From positions 128,001 through 192,000 of IMG/VR virus record IMGVR_UViG_3300028171_000090: DNA of 64,000 nt, one strand, 5' to 3'. Of this stretch, positions 47,357-57,402 are shown one piece after another; position 1 is the first letter of the stretch; each line of letters begins with the position of its first letter. Under the pieces are notes generated by a model. The model made no database searches. It was given only the letters and a program-made list of their open reading frames with translations, and was not told the origin of the DNA. This stretch comes from a virus. Taxonomy: Duplodnaviria; Caudoviricetes. The position numbers were made by a program, and so were the translations under genes.

Positions 47357-49555
47357 TTAAAAAGTGTAGATGGTATAGATGAAGTTCATCTTTGCTTGGG
47401 TAATCAGATTCATTTCCGTAATGTATTTTACATACTCCATTCCATAAATCTCAGTACCTTCATTCACATCATTATACTCTACAACAGATTCTCGTAAGTG
47501 TAGATATTCTAGTACTTCCGTACTTTTAATTTCCACTTCATATTTATCAGCTTGCTTCTTAATTCTACGAGCCAATTCACCTTTCTTGTCATCAGGACAA
47601 TGCTTGAAGAATTGAATCGCTTTGATAACGTGCTGACGATCTGTTAATGGATACTTTCTTTCTTCTGGTAATCCAAACTCTTCATCCTTCAACTCTTTAC
47701 GTTCTTTCGTTGTTAATGCAGCTTCTTGTAATCGACATAAATGAGCTGGCATATTAAATACAACGTAAGGGTAGTTATCCGCAATAGAGTTATATAACGA
47801 TTGTAGTTTTACCTGTAAAGCTAGGATAGCAGATTTATCGTTATCCTTTAATCCATACGTATTCAATACGGTATCCGTATAGTAATCGAGATGGATAGGC
47901 ATAGATGAATCAATCATTAAGTCCTCTTGAGCAGATGGGCTGATATACGTTAAGGTACGTACATATTGATTCAATTCATTTACTTGCTGGTGATAATCTA
48001 GAATCATGACACTTAATAAGTTATTGTATTCGTCCTGAATCAGGTCACTATACATTGTGTCATGAACCATAGAGGATACACCTTTCTCAAACTTATTAAC
48101 TACATCTTCCAATACTTTTAATTCCTCTGGAATTGTCGTTACAATCTTGCTAATAATAAAAGCAAGATTACCTTCTTCTTTCATGTATTGAGAGTTAATA
48201 TCTATAATGGTATTATTCGCAATTCTATCTACAGCTTTATATAACTGAGAATGATTCGCACTATAATCTGCCATAATAGATGATAACGGTTTCTCAGAAG
48301 AACCCGGTGTTACATAGGTTTGACTCAACGTACTTAGCTTACCAGTAGGAACACTAGCAGCATTATGAATGATACGTTGGAATGGTCCTTCATTACGAGA
48401 GCCTGCATCAATCACCGCTAAGATAACGTCTTTATATAAACGATTTAACTCTTTTATATTTGCTCTGACATTATCGATGAAGGATTGACGATTTTTAAGG
48501 ACTTGCTCACTGAGTGTATACATATCATCGAAGTTATATCCTTTATCGTGATAGATATAGTACTCTTGTAGGAGACGGTTCATCTCTAGAATCGTTCTTC
48601 TATAGTTAGAGACGGTAACCATAGGGTTGGTACATTCTGAGAGTGAATCACGCTCTGATTTAAGTTGAAATGCATTCTCAATACAGACACGCAATGCATC
48701 ATACATAACCTTTGTCTTATAGTTATAAGCGTCTATTGTATGAGATAATAAACCATTCATCACACGGAACTTAAAGTCTGTGTATGAATACATCTTCTGT
48801 ACTTTATCATCCGTTGTTTCTCCAGCAGGGAACAATTGACGAATGTCTTCTATAGAATAATATAGACATTGTGTAAAGAAGTGTTTTAATTTCTGAATCA
48901 AGGAAATAATGTTATCAAATGATATCTTATCAATTTGATAGCTATCAACCAATGTCATTAAATCTGTGACAGAGTTTTTAGTTAGCTTCATTGTCTCCGT
49001 TGTGTACTTGATAGATGTTTCCATTTTCTTATAGAAAGCATCTACTTCTAATGCACCAGCTCCAATAGACTTACCTCGAATCTGGTTTAGCGTAGCTTGT
49101 AAATTATAAGGAGTTTTAAATGCTTTCTCCTTTACATTGAACTTTAGATTCTTGTCAACGAATGTGTCGATGAATGTAAAGTTCGGAATGTTTGCATATG
49201 TTTTTGCATCGAACTTTGCAACCGTGATATCATAAGAATCGTTTGTCTTATTGAAATACTCTACCACTTTTACAAACTCACTATTGAATCGATTCTTCAT
49301 ATTCTGTAGTGTGATATAATTCTGACGATAAATGGTACGAACGAATACTTCCCGTTTATCTAAGAATACATTGATATCTTTAATGTATGAGCGATATGCT
49401 TCTATGTCAGATGTATAGTCATCACTTACCATTTTACCAATCTCATGAAATACCCGTACAACGGATTCACTAATCGCGTGAAGTTCATCATATAGATCAA
49501 GTTCCGTTACTGTATTATCATAGCGTGGTTCTGCTACGGATTTAGATAATATCAT
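47357..49555 (-). CDS. large internal head protein with C-terminal DUF6582-like domain
   Basis: MILSKSVAE start; several LxE sites; LTTKERKELKDEEFGLPEERKYPL domain. Confidence 0.55.
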   Translation of the reverse strand: MILSKSVAEPRYDNTVTELDLYDELHAISESVVRVFHEIGKMVSDDYTSDIEAYRSYIKDINVFLDKREVFVRTIYRQNYITLQNMKNRFNSEFVKVVEYFNKTNDSYDITVAKFDAKTYANIPNFTFIDTFVDKNLKFNVKEKAFKTPYNLQATLNQIRGKSIGAGALEVDAFYKKMETSIKYTTETMKLTKNSVTDLMTLVDSYQIDKISFDNIISLIQKLKHFFTQCLYYSIEDIRQLFPAGETTDDKVQKMYSYTDFKFRVMNGLLSHTIDAYNYKTKVMYDALRVCIENAFQLKSERDSLSECTNPMVTVSNYRRTILEMNRLLQEYYIYHDKGYNFDDMYTLSEQVLKNRQSFIDNVRANIKELNRLYKDVILAVIDAGSRNEGPFQRIIHNAASVPTGKLSTLSQTYVTPGSSEKPLSSIMADYSANHSQLYKAVDRIANNTIIDINSQYMKEEGNLAFIISKIVTTIPEELKVLEDVVNKFEKGVSSMVHDTMYSDLIQDEYNNLLSVMILDYHQQVNELNQYVRTLTYISPSAQEDLMIDSSMPIHLDYYTDTVLNTYGLKDNDKSAILALQVKLQSLYNSIADNYPYVVFNMPAHLCRLQEAALTTKERKELKDEEFGLPEERKYPLTDRQHVIKAIQFFKHCPDDKKGELARRIKKQADKYEVEIKSTEVLEYLHLRESVVEYNDVNEGTEIYGMEYVKYITEMNLITQAKMNFIYTIYTF

Positions 49556-49584
49556 ACATATCTCTCCTTTAATTAAAATAAAGA

Positions 49585-49614
49585 ATAAGATATACTCCGA
49601 AGAGTATATCTTAT
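49585..49614 (-). terminator. intrinsic terminator, UUCG loop
   Basis: 13-bp stem ATAAGATATACTC/GAGTATATCTTAT. Confidence 0.75.
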
Positions 49615-49622
49615 CGTTTTAA

Positions 49623-50774
49623 TTACATTTGGCTAAGGATTTGGTCAAATAAGCTGCCTTCACCTTCAACGCCAGCTGATTCGTTTAATTTTTTCTTTCC
49701 ACCTTTACGGTTATGGATAAGAAGTTTTTGAGCAATATCACGAGATTGAGCAATATTACCTTTAGCAGCATCTACTTGGTAACCAGCAGTAGTAGAAAGT
49801 AATCCTAATGCTTGTTGGTTTAATCCAGCGTAGAAGCGTAGTAATTCAGCAGCTACTGAGAATGCATCACGAGAACCGCCTTTTTCTTGGTCAGCTGTGA
49901 TTTTGCCTGCGCCACCACTAACAGCTTTTTCAGCTTTGCCAACCCAATCAACAGCCTGTTTGAAGGCTTTGTCAGCAGCAGTAGCTGATTTTTTGATTGC
50001 AGCAAGAGATTTATCTTTGCCTTCGATTGTAGCAACGATATCAGAAACAGATACAGAAATCTTTTTCTTTTCTTCTCCGCCACGTAATTTGTTAAGAACT
50101 TGCGTTTTGTATTCGCCTTGTTCTCCATCTCCACCAACAACAGCTTTACGTACTTCGTCGAATACTTCTTTAGTAAGTTCTCCACGTTTTTCAAGTACTT
50201 CTGTTTTAGCAGCTTTTGCACCTTCAGTGCCCATGTTGTGTAAGCTAGAAACTACAGATTCAGGAGAATCTAATTTCACTTTAGCTTTACTAGATACATG
50301 AGAATTGAATGAAGCATGGAATGTGTTAGAAATTGTATCAAGGTTGATCGCATCTAATTTGTAATCGAATCCTTCGTATTCGAAATCTAATGTAGATGCT
50401 TTTTGTAATTCAGCTTTATATTTAGTTAAGAATTTGTCGTCCTTCATCACTTTAGATAAGTGTAATTGAACGTTGCTGAAGAATTCTTTAACTTTAGCCC
50501 ACATTTTCTTGATAGCAGCCATAATTTTACCGAATACACCAGTCATAGCAGCTTCTTGTAGGTTTTGCATTTCTTCTACGTTAGACTCAGCTAATAGAGC
50601 GATTGATTTGTAATCAACAGCGTTCATAGCTTTGCTAATGTTATGCATTTCAGTCATAGATTCTGAAACGATTTGCATCGCGCCAGCACCTGATGGTGCA
50701 TAACCATGTTCTGTAGCTACTACATCATGATTCTCAAGCGTAGCAGACTCATTTAAAAGAGTTGATAAGATCAT
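49623..50774 (-). CDS. internal head protein paralog A (phiKZ IP-like)
   Basis: MILSTLLNE; LQE/A followed by IKKMWAKVKEFF. Confidence 0.65.
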   Translation of the reverse strand: MILSTLLNESATLENHDVVATEHGYAPSGAGAMQIVSESMTEMHNISKAMNAVDYKSIALLAESNVEEMQNLQEAAMTGVFGKIMAAIKKMWAKVKEFFSNVQLHLSKVMKDDKFLTKYKAELQKASTLDFEYEGFDYKLDAINLDTISNTFHASFNSHVSSKAKVKLDSPESVVSSLHNMGTEGAKAAKTEVLEKRGELTKEVFDEVRKAVVGGDGEQGEYKTQVLNKLRGGEEKKKISVSVSDIVATIEGKDKSLAAIKKSATAADKAFKQAVDWVGKAEKAVSGGAGKITADQEKGGSRDAFSVAAELLRFYAGLNQQALGLLSTTAGYQVDAAKGNIAQSRDIAQKLLIHNRKGGKKKLNESAGVEGEGSLFDQILSQM

Positions 50775-50822
50775 TATAAATCTCTCCTTTTTTTCATATA
50801 TTAGAACTAAAGTTCTTTTGAT

Positions 50823-50834
50823 TATAAATATGTT
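50823..50834 (-). promoter_or_regulatory. late promoter AACA-N6-TA
   Basis: AACA TATTTA TA. Confidence 0.65.
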
Positions 50835-50896
50835 TGATTGTTAAGAAGCACAAATAGATAAGAACGGTAAATTACTACCGTTCTTACCCCTATTTA

Positions 50897-51925
50897 TTAG
50901 CCTTTATAACGAATTGCAGATGCAATTACTTTTTTGTATTCTGTGAATTGAGCTTTTTCAAGATCAATGCAGACACCAGTAACAATGTTATACACGTTTA
51001 ATGAACGTTGTGTAACACTAACTGCTTCACGAGCAGCAGCAACTGATAAACTAGCGATTTCTTTTTTCGCAGTATCAGAGATTTTGTTAGCATCTGTTTG
51101 TGCTTTAGAGATAGCTTTATTAGTTTCAGCAATTGCTTTGCTATAAAGTTTATCTGTATCAGTTTGAGCTTTCTTGATTGTTTTAGATTGTTTGAATTCT
51201 TTAATGAATGCAATCATATCTGTAACAGAAGCGAATTGGAAGCCTTTGATTGTTTTCTCTTCTCCGGCAACTTCTTCTTTTACATGCTTCGCAAACTCTT
51301 GTTGAGACATTTCGTCGTTACTGTTAGCAGCTTCACCTAGAAGTTTAGCAACAGATACTTCTTTCATTTCTTCGATAGTCTTTTTGATTGCATCAGCATT
51401 GTCACCGATTTTAACATCAGTTACACTAGCTTCGATAGCTTTTTGCATTACGTTTGTAGCATGAGTATGGAATTTTTCAGCCGCACCAGTTTTCCAGTTA
51501 TGACCTTTATATTCGAAGTTAGAGTAGTCTTTACCTTTTAACTCCTTCTCATACTTGTTAATGATAGAAGCGATATCACGAGTAGATGCTTCTACGTTTT
51601 TCAATAGGTTAGCAAACCAACCTTTGATTTTAGCCCACATACGTTTAATCATTTCGATTGCTTTCGTGAAGTAACCAGAAACAACTGATTCGTTTAATTT
51701 TTCATATGCAGCTTCGTTACCGTTTAAGTTGATAGCCAATGCAGCTTGTTCAGCTAACATAATGTTTTCTTCAACCTCGTGCTCCATTTCTTGGTGCTCC
51801 AATAAGATAGCTTGGATACCAGTCATATTTGGCGTGTAATGAGGTTTAACAATAGCGTCAACTGTTTCTTGAGTATTTTCACTTAATAAAGTTGAATTCT
51901 CAGATAATAGTGTAGATAAAATCAT
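50897..51925 (-). CDS. internal head protein paralog B
   Basis: Start moved to ATG 51925 (MILSTLLSE; late promoter lies inside the longer ORF); IKRMWAKIKGWF. Confidence 0.65.
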   Translation of the reverse strand: MILSTLLSENSTLLSENTQETVDAIVKPHYTPNMTGIQAILLEHQEMEHEVEENIMLAEQAALAINLNGNEAAYEKLNESVVSGYFTKAIEMIKRMWAKIKGWFANLLKNVEASTRDIASIINKYEKELKGKDYSNFEYKGHNWKTGAAEKFHTHATNVMQKAIEASVTDVKIGDNADAIKKTIEEMKEVSVAKLLGEAANSNDEMSQQEFAKHVKEEVAGEEKTIKGFQFASVTDMIAFIKEFKQSKTIKKAQTDTDKLYSKAIAETNKAISKAQTDANKISDTAKKEIASLSVAAAREAVSVTQRSLNVYNIVTGVCIDLEKAQFTEYKKVIASAIRYKG

Positions 51926-51951
51926 TTTATCATCTCTCCTTTTTCGTTGAT

Positions 51952-51963
51952 TATAATGATGTT
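51952..51963 (-). promoter_or_regulatory. late promoter AACA-N6-TA
   Basis: AACA TCATTA TA. Confidence 0.65.
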
Positions 51964-52039
51964 TTAATGTCAAATTACATATACGACAAAAAAAGAAGTA
52001 AGGACGGCTAAATACCGTCCTTACCCTTTATTATTTGGA

Positions 52040-53161
52040 TTATTTACCGCTGTGGCGGATAGCTCCAGCGATAGCACCTTTAAATTCTGCAAACTTTTCT
52101 TTCTCTAGGTCGATACAGATACCAACTAGAGTAGTGTAAGCTGTTAACACGTTTTTCGCGTCATCAAGGTTATGTTTAGCATGAGCTAATTTACCAGCAG
52201 ATGCATCGCGAGCACCAGTTTTGTCACCGCTAAGGCTATTAGCGTGAGCTTGGATGTCTTTGCGAACTTGTTCTGCTTCCTTGATTGTAGTTGCAAACAT
52301 TTTGTCTACATCTTTACGTGCAGCAGTAATCGTTTTGTTGTTTTTAAAGTTCTTTAAGAAATCAATCATTGTAGATAAAGCAATAGCGCTGAAGTTTTTA
52401 ATAGCTTCTGCTTTGCCTTCACCTTTAACTTTTTCTCCTAAAGTAGTTTTTGCTTCAGAAGCAGATAACCCGTCACCATCATGACTAGGGTTAGTTGAAC
52501 CGTCAACTAGAGCTTTAATCCATACAGATGTAGGAACTAATTGCTCTTTATGAGCAGTTTCGTTTTTCGTACGACTTTCAGCCGCAGCTGCTTTACGTTT
52601 ATCAGTTTCATAGTTAGCTTTTGATCCACCAGCTTTACCGTTAACCCAGTCGTTTGCTCCTTTTGTACCAGCAGCAAGACTAGCATTGATTTTCGTTGCA
52701 GTAGCAGCGATGCCTTCATGGACTTTGTCAGCACCCTGTACCCATTTGTGACCATTGTATTCGTAATTAGAGTAGTCTTTTCCGTCTAACTCTTTACGAT
52801 ATTTTTCGATTAATTTGTTGATATCACGTGTAGCTGTTTCGAAGTGTTTGAAGATGTTTACAAACCATCCTTTTACTTTAGCCCACATTTTCTTCAGCAT
52901 GTTAACGAATTTTGTGAAGTAGTCAGAACCCATGCTTTCGCTTAATTGCTCAGCGCGCTCTGTTTCACCTTTGAAACCTAATGCGAATGCAGCTTGTTCC
53001 ATTAACATTACAGTTTCGTCTAAACGGTTACCCTCTTCTTGCGTTTCAAGTAAGATAGATTGGATACCTGTAGAGTTAGCAGTAAAGTGTTCGCTAATGA
53101 TAGCTTCCACATCGATTGCCTCTCCAGTAAAGTTCTCATTTAATAATGAAGAAAGAATCAT
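52040..53161 (-). CDS. internal head protein paralog C
   Basis: MILSSLLNE; LKKMWAKVKGWF. Confidence 0.65.
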   Translation of the reverse strand: MILSSLLNENFTGEAIDVEAIISEHFTANSTGIQSILLETQEEGNRLDETVMLMEQAAFALGFKGETERAEQLSESMGSDYFTKFVNMLKKMWAKVKGWFVNIFKHFETATRDINKLIEKYRKELDGKDYSNYEYNGHKWVQGADKVHEGIAATATKINASLAAGTKGANDWVNGKAGGSKANYETDKRKAAAAESRTKNETAHKEQLVPTSVWIKALVDGSTNPSHDGDGLSASEAKTTLGEKVKGEGKAEAIKNFSAIALSTMIDFLKNFKNNKTITAARKDVDKMFATTIKEAEQVRKDIQAHANSLSGDKTGARDASAGKLAHAKHNLDDAKNVLTAYTTLVGICIDLEKEKFAEFKGAIAGAIRHSGK

Positions 53162-53207
53162 GTAAATCTCTCCTTTTTCTTTTAGATTAAGATAGAATAT
53201 CTTCAGT

Positions 53208-53219
53208 TATAGTCATGTT
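53208..53219 (-). promoter_or_regulatory. late promoter AACA-N6-TA
   Basis: AACA TGACTA TA. Confidence 0.65.
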
Positions 53220-53227
53220 GACTTGTA

Positions 53228-54220
53228 TTAAGCTAAACTGAATCCGTTGGAACCCGTATCCATAGCATTCGAAGATGTTTTTAGTTCATTGAAGTCAATT
53301 TTCTGACTTACATCTTTACGAGCTTGCTTTTCACTTGTATCGGATTTGATACGGAACTTATGAGACCAATCACGAATCTTCTTAGCGATACGTTCTTGAT
53401 TACTCACTACAGTTTTCTTTTTACCTTGTGTAGATTTGTTATCATTATAGCGTAATGAGTTCGCATTCAATTCTAGGAATTGAGCTTGAGCATCTAAGTA
53501 CTCAGATACAGACATACGCATATGATACATATAATAGATTAATTCACGGATAACTGGAGTAATGGCAACTAGAGTACCAACTACAACAGCAGATGTCGCA
53601 ACAGACGCACCAATGAATTTTTCTGCATTTAGCATTGTATCGAAGAATTTATTAATCTCACCCTTCTGTACGTTTGCATTGAACTTGTCCAGATTTTCTA
53701 ATAATAAGAAGTCTGAACTATGGCTACGTTTTTGAATCTCTAACGCCGCATTGAAATCTCCACCAGGAGTTTTCACGAAGTCTACCATTGTGTAAATTAA
53801 GATATTCACACCAGCAATGATAGACGCTGAGATTGTATTATAAAGCACTTGAATTAATGAGATATCTTGACTAAATCCAAGCATGAATTTATTCTTATAA
53901 TGCTCAATATTATGAAGTGCTGTGTTGATTGTATCTAGTTGTGCTAGATGCACAATTCCAGCTTTTTGTTTTAACTCACCTAATAGATCGATAGAGTCAC
54001 GTAACGTTTGGAATTGTGGAAGTTTTGTAATATCACCTTTTGTTTCAGGGATATCACCGAAATCAACGAACTTATATTTCTCTAACATTGTTTGATATAA
54101 TTTCGTGATTAGTTTATCACTGATTTCGACTTGCTCAGCTTCATTTAAACGGTTTAGTTCCATACGAGTCTTGTAAGACTCTTGTAACATTTCGTAGTTA
54201 AATTGTGAAGCAATAGACAT
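53228..54220 (-). CDS. virion protein with hydrophobic segments
   Basis: MLQE/S and LNE/A near the N-terminus; ISASIIAGVNILIY and VATSAVVVGTLVAI. Confidence 0.55.
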   Translation of the reverse strand: MSIASQFNYEMLQESYKTRMELNRLNEAEQVEISDKLITKLYQTMLEKYKFVDFGDIPETKGDITKLPQFQTLRDSIDLLGELKQKAGIVHLAQLDTINTALHNIEHYKNKFMLGFSQDISLIQVLYNTISASIIAGVNILIYTMVDFVKTPGGDFNAALEIQKRSHSSDFLLLENLDKFNANVQKGEINKFFDTMLNAEKFIGASVATSAVVVGTLVAITPVIRELIYYMYHMRMSVSEYLDAQAQFLELNANSLRYNDNKSTQGKKKTVVSNQERIAKKIRDWSHKFRIKSDTSEKQARKDVSQKIDFNELKTSSNAMDTGSNGFSLA

Positions 54221-54235
54221 GTGGTTTCCCTCCTA

Positions 54236-55849
54236 TTACATTTTACCTAAGATTTGCATGATATTCTTAACTTCTCTAGCTTGGTTAGAGTTTTCTCTTT
54301 CTAGAGATGTGTAAGAGTATTGTTGGAAATCGGATTCTCCATCGTACATGAAGTATGCAATTTCAGATGCTGTATCAGCAACGACGAATGAGATTAAGAA
54401 ATACTCACTCATTAATTTACGTACAGTAGTCGTTGACATTAAATCAACTGAATGCTCGTTACGTATTTTATGCACTTCATCCATTGTAATAACAATTGTG
54501 GAGTTAGGTAATAATTGATTTTTTGTATTTAGTTTACGTAATAGACTAGAACGTTTGCTACGACGACGTAACACTGTCCACCATCTAGAATCGCTAAACT
54601 TACTATTTACATCCTGACGGATGTTATTAATTGCGAATACAAAGTCTTTGAAGAACTCTGTTTCACCTGTAGACCAGCGTAGGAAGTTAAAGATAGCATT
54701 CCCACGAGTTACTCCACGTACTAGGTTTTGTTCAATAGATTCAGACTTGATTGTATGGATGATTGTTTTAACTCCAACCATGTAATCCACAGCTTCTAAA
54801 TCTCCTAGTTCATTACGGAAGTATGTTTTAATATGAAGCATTGTTGGAACCATTTCATTTGCTTTCTTTGCATCGTTATCAGATAGGTTATCTTTTGGTA
54901 CGATGTCATAAGAAGACGTTGCAGTTGAGTTACGTCCCATTAATGCTTGCGTAGGAGTATCTTCATCAAATGTATGACCATCCTCAGATAAGATACGTTT
55001 GCCGTACGTATTGTAACGGTTGTTCAATGTTGCACTTTCAGACATAACCGAATAGTTTTGCTTACGCGTTTTATCATTCAGTGTGTCTTCACGGAACCAA
55101 GGAGTATACTCTTTTAATTGATCACGGTTCATGACAGCACATTCTTGAATGATTCTCTCACGGTTAATCTCTTTCATATTCTTCACATCAATAGGTGGTG
55201 TTAGAATATATTGATACGTACCATTTGTTTGGTTACGTAACATAAATGCTTCTTGTAGCTTTGTTCCTTCATGCAGAATCATACCACTGAAACCTTGTAG
55301 TTTGTATACAGCACGGTTTGGATTCTCAGCATAGAACTCAGCTAGTAATTCATCGATAGATGGGTCTTCGTCATCTTCGTACTCGTCAGTTGCCACAATA
55401 TCAAGATTATCTTCATCTTTTGTTGCTTCCATTAACATAGCACGGAACTCTCTATCTAATTGTACAGCAGCGTTACGAGTCTCTACATCCATTTTAGGAA
55501 GTTTGAACTTTGGCTTTACTGTAACACTTTCATTGAATACGCTAGATACGCTTTGGTTCGGCATGTTTTGATGCAGACCGCGTAAGAATGCTTTTACATC
55601 TCGTGAATCTGTTACAGAATCGATAGATGTAATAACACGGATAAAGGAAACGAATTCTCGTTCTAACGCTTTACCCATCATCGTAGCTTCTTCTAAAGAT
55701 AGTGATGCGGAACATAGTACAGGGAACTGTAAGATACCCTTTCTAGCTTCAGATGCTACTGAGCCTTTTGTGTTTACTTTGAATTTACCTTCAGACGCAG
55801 CAGATTTTGCATCACGGAAAATATCGTGAATGTCTCTTATGATAGTCAT
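54236..55849 (-). CDS. probable processed virion head protein
   Basis: 537 aa; cluster of xxE/(S,A,G) sites in the middle; late promoter. Confidence 0.55.
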   Translation of the reverse strand: MTIIRDIHDIFRDAKSAASEGKFKVNTKGSVASEARKGILQFPVLCSASLSLEEATMMGKALEREFVSFIRVITSIDSVTDSRDVKAFLRGLHQNMPNQSVSSVFNESVTVKPKFKLPKMDVETRNAAVQLDREFRAMLMEATKDEDNLDIVATDEYEDDEDPSIDELLAEFYAENPNRAVYKLQGFSGMILHEGTKLQEAFMLRNQTNGTYQYILTPPIDVKNMKEINRERIIQECAVMNRDQLKEYTPWFREDTLNDKTRKQNYSVMSESATLNNRYNTYGKRILSEDGHTFDEDTPTQALMGRNSTATSSYDIVPKDNLSDNDAKKANEMVPTMLHIKTYFRNELGDLEAVDYMVGVKTIIHTIKSESIEQNLVRGVTRGNAIFNFLRWSTGETEFFKDFVFAINNIRQDVNSKFSDSRWWTVLRRRSKRSSLLRKLNTKNQLLPNSTIVITMDEVHKIRNEHSVDLMSTTTVRKLMSEYFLISFVVADTASEIAYFMYDGESDFQQYSYTSLERENSNQAREVKNIMQILGKM

Positions 55850-55886
55850 AAGTCACCCTCCTTTAAGAATTAATACAAAAAAATAT

Positions 55887-55898
55887 TAATATCATGTT
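55887..55898 (-). promoter_or_regulatory. late promoter AACA-N6-TA
   Basis: AACA TGATAT TA. Confidence 0.65.
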
Positions 55899-55954
55899 AC
55901 AGTGTATAAAACGTATATGAATGCAGTTGCCTACATTCATATACGTCTACTATA

Positions 55955-56755
55955 TTACGCTACATATTTATCATTGAAATATGCCTTTACTACTTCTTTC
56001 TTATACATTGAATCCTCAGATAACTCATCTTCAATACGATGCATGATATCTTCTTTCGTAGCTGTTACTGCCAGTTTACTCATTTCAACAATTGTTGACA
56101 TTTCTTCTATAATAGATTTAATCATTTCTGGAATATCAACATCGTCTTTCAATTGCTTATTAACAGCCACACCACAATCTTTTAAGTATCCGATTGTACT
56201 ACTAAATGATTGAGGCATAATAAGATGAGCTTTTAATACAAGTGCCATTGTCATATCTTTCGGCTTTGCCTTCGTCAGGTTATTGAAGTTATACATTAAA
56301 CCTTGACAAGCTTCATCGAAATCATCTTCGTCCTCATCTGTATATATTTTAGTAAAGTCATATTTACCTAATGCGTCTTCATTTATCAATAATTCAATTA
56401 CTCGAATGACATCATCTGTTTTATACATTCTCTTGAATTGGCTAATAATAACGTCTCTTCGAGTCGTTGTATCAGTATCCAATGATTGCATAACAACTGG
56501 TTTATCTTCCATTTCATTCTCCTTCATAACCTCATCGATTACACCATCTAATCCTTTCGGAGCTAGTCCCTGTAACGATTTCAGATTACTCTTTCCATCT
56601 TCTCCTTCAAGAGAAACTCTTTCAGATACATCCTTAGCATTCTTTGGCTTTTCCTCTTTTACCTTTTCTTCTTCTTTCTTTAGTTCTGGGTTGCGTGTAG
56701 CAACATCCTTTGCATTTCTAGTTCCTGTAGTTCCTGCATTTCTTCGCGTAGTCAT
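55955..56755 (-). CDS. early hypothetical protein
   Basis: GGAGG SD, early promoter, downstream hairpin 55911-55946. Confidence 0.75.
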   Translation of the reverse strand: MTTRRNAGTTGTRNAKDVATRNPELKKEEEKVKEEKPKNAKDVSERVSLEGEDGKSNLKSLQGLAPKGLDGVIDEVMKENEMEDKPVVMQSLDTDTTTRRDVIISQFKRMYKTDDVIRVIELLINEDALGKYDFTKIYTDEDEDDFDEACQGLMYNFNNLTKAKPKDMTMALVLKAHLIMPQSFSSTIGYLKDCGVAVNKQLKDDVDIPEMIKSIIEEMSTIVEMSKLAVTATKEDIMHRIEDELSEDSMYKKEVVKAYFNDKYVA

Positions 56756-56791
56756 TTAAGTATCCTCCAATGAGATTTTATTTTTTGTTAT

Positions 56792-56809
56792 TCATAAAGA
56801 TAATATATA
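56792..56809 (-). promoter_or_regulatory. early promoter-like motif
   Basis: TATATATTAT CTTTA TGA. Confidence 0.6.
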
Positions 56810-56884
56810 TTTGTAACATAGCCTAATACGTTTCTACGTTCCCAAAAAAATAAGAGAGCACATGTGAATCTTTATATCATACTT

Positions 56885-57145
56885 TCATCCTCGAAAGTAT
56901 ATGGACTCATCTAACCGAATGGCAACGTCTTTTGATTTGCGAACTTTCTTCTTCTTTTTCTTCTTCACTTTAAATGAATGATTATAATCATAAGAATAAT
57001 TGCGTTTATTATCTACAACCTTATGAGCTGTATTCGCTGCAAGTTCAACTGCAAATTGTACGTTGTCTGGATCACATCCTTTATCGGTTAGTGTCGAATA
57101 AGCGTAACCCGCTATTAAGTTAATTCCAATATTTAATAATGACAT
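56885..57145 (-). CDS. small early protein with poly-Lys tail
   Basis: GGGGAG SD; KVKKKKKKKVRK. Confidence 0.65.
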   Translation of the reverse strand: MSLLNIGINLIAGYAYSTLTDKGCDPDNVQFAVELAANTAHKVVDNKRNYSYDYNHSFKVKKKKKKKVRKSKDVAIRLDESIYFRG

Positions 57146-57333
57146 AAGTAAACTCCCCCAGTATACATGATGTATGCTGGTGTGAATATAATCTATATTT
57201 AATCACACCAAACGCTTTCTATAATAAACTGTCTCATACCGAACCCTTGGGTTTATTACATGACGGCTATGACGAACAGGACTAGATAGTTGGCGGTGGA
57301 TACAATTAGATATATTTTATACTCACATGTGTC

Positions 57334-57351
57334 TCACATGGATAATGTATA
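57334..57351 (-). promoter_or_regulatory. early promoter-like motif
   Basis: TATACATTAT CCATG TGA. Confidence 0.6.
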
Positions 57352-57402
57352 CTTGAAAAAGGGGTTAACTATTATAGGATCATACAAAAAAAAGAAGAGG
57401 TA

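Noticed and set aside
57230-57260. GGGTTCGG on the minus strand, resembling a tRNA T-loop
   Set aside because: Does not match GGTTCRA and no acceptor or anticodon arms around it
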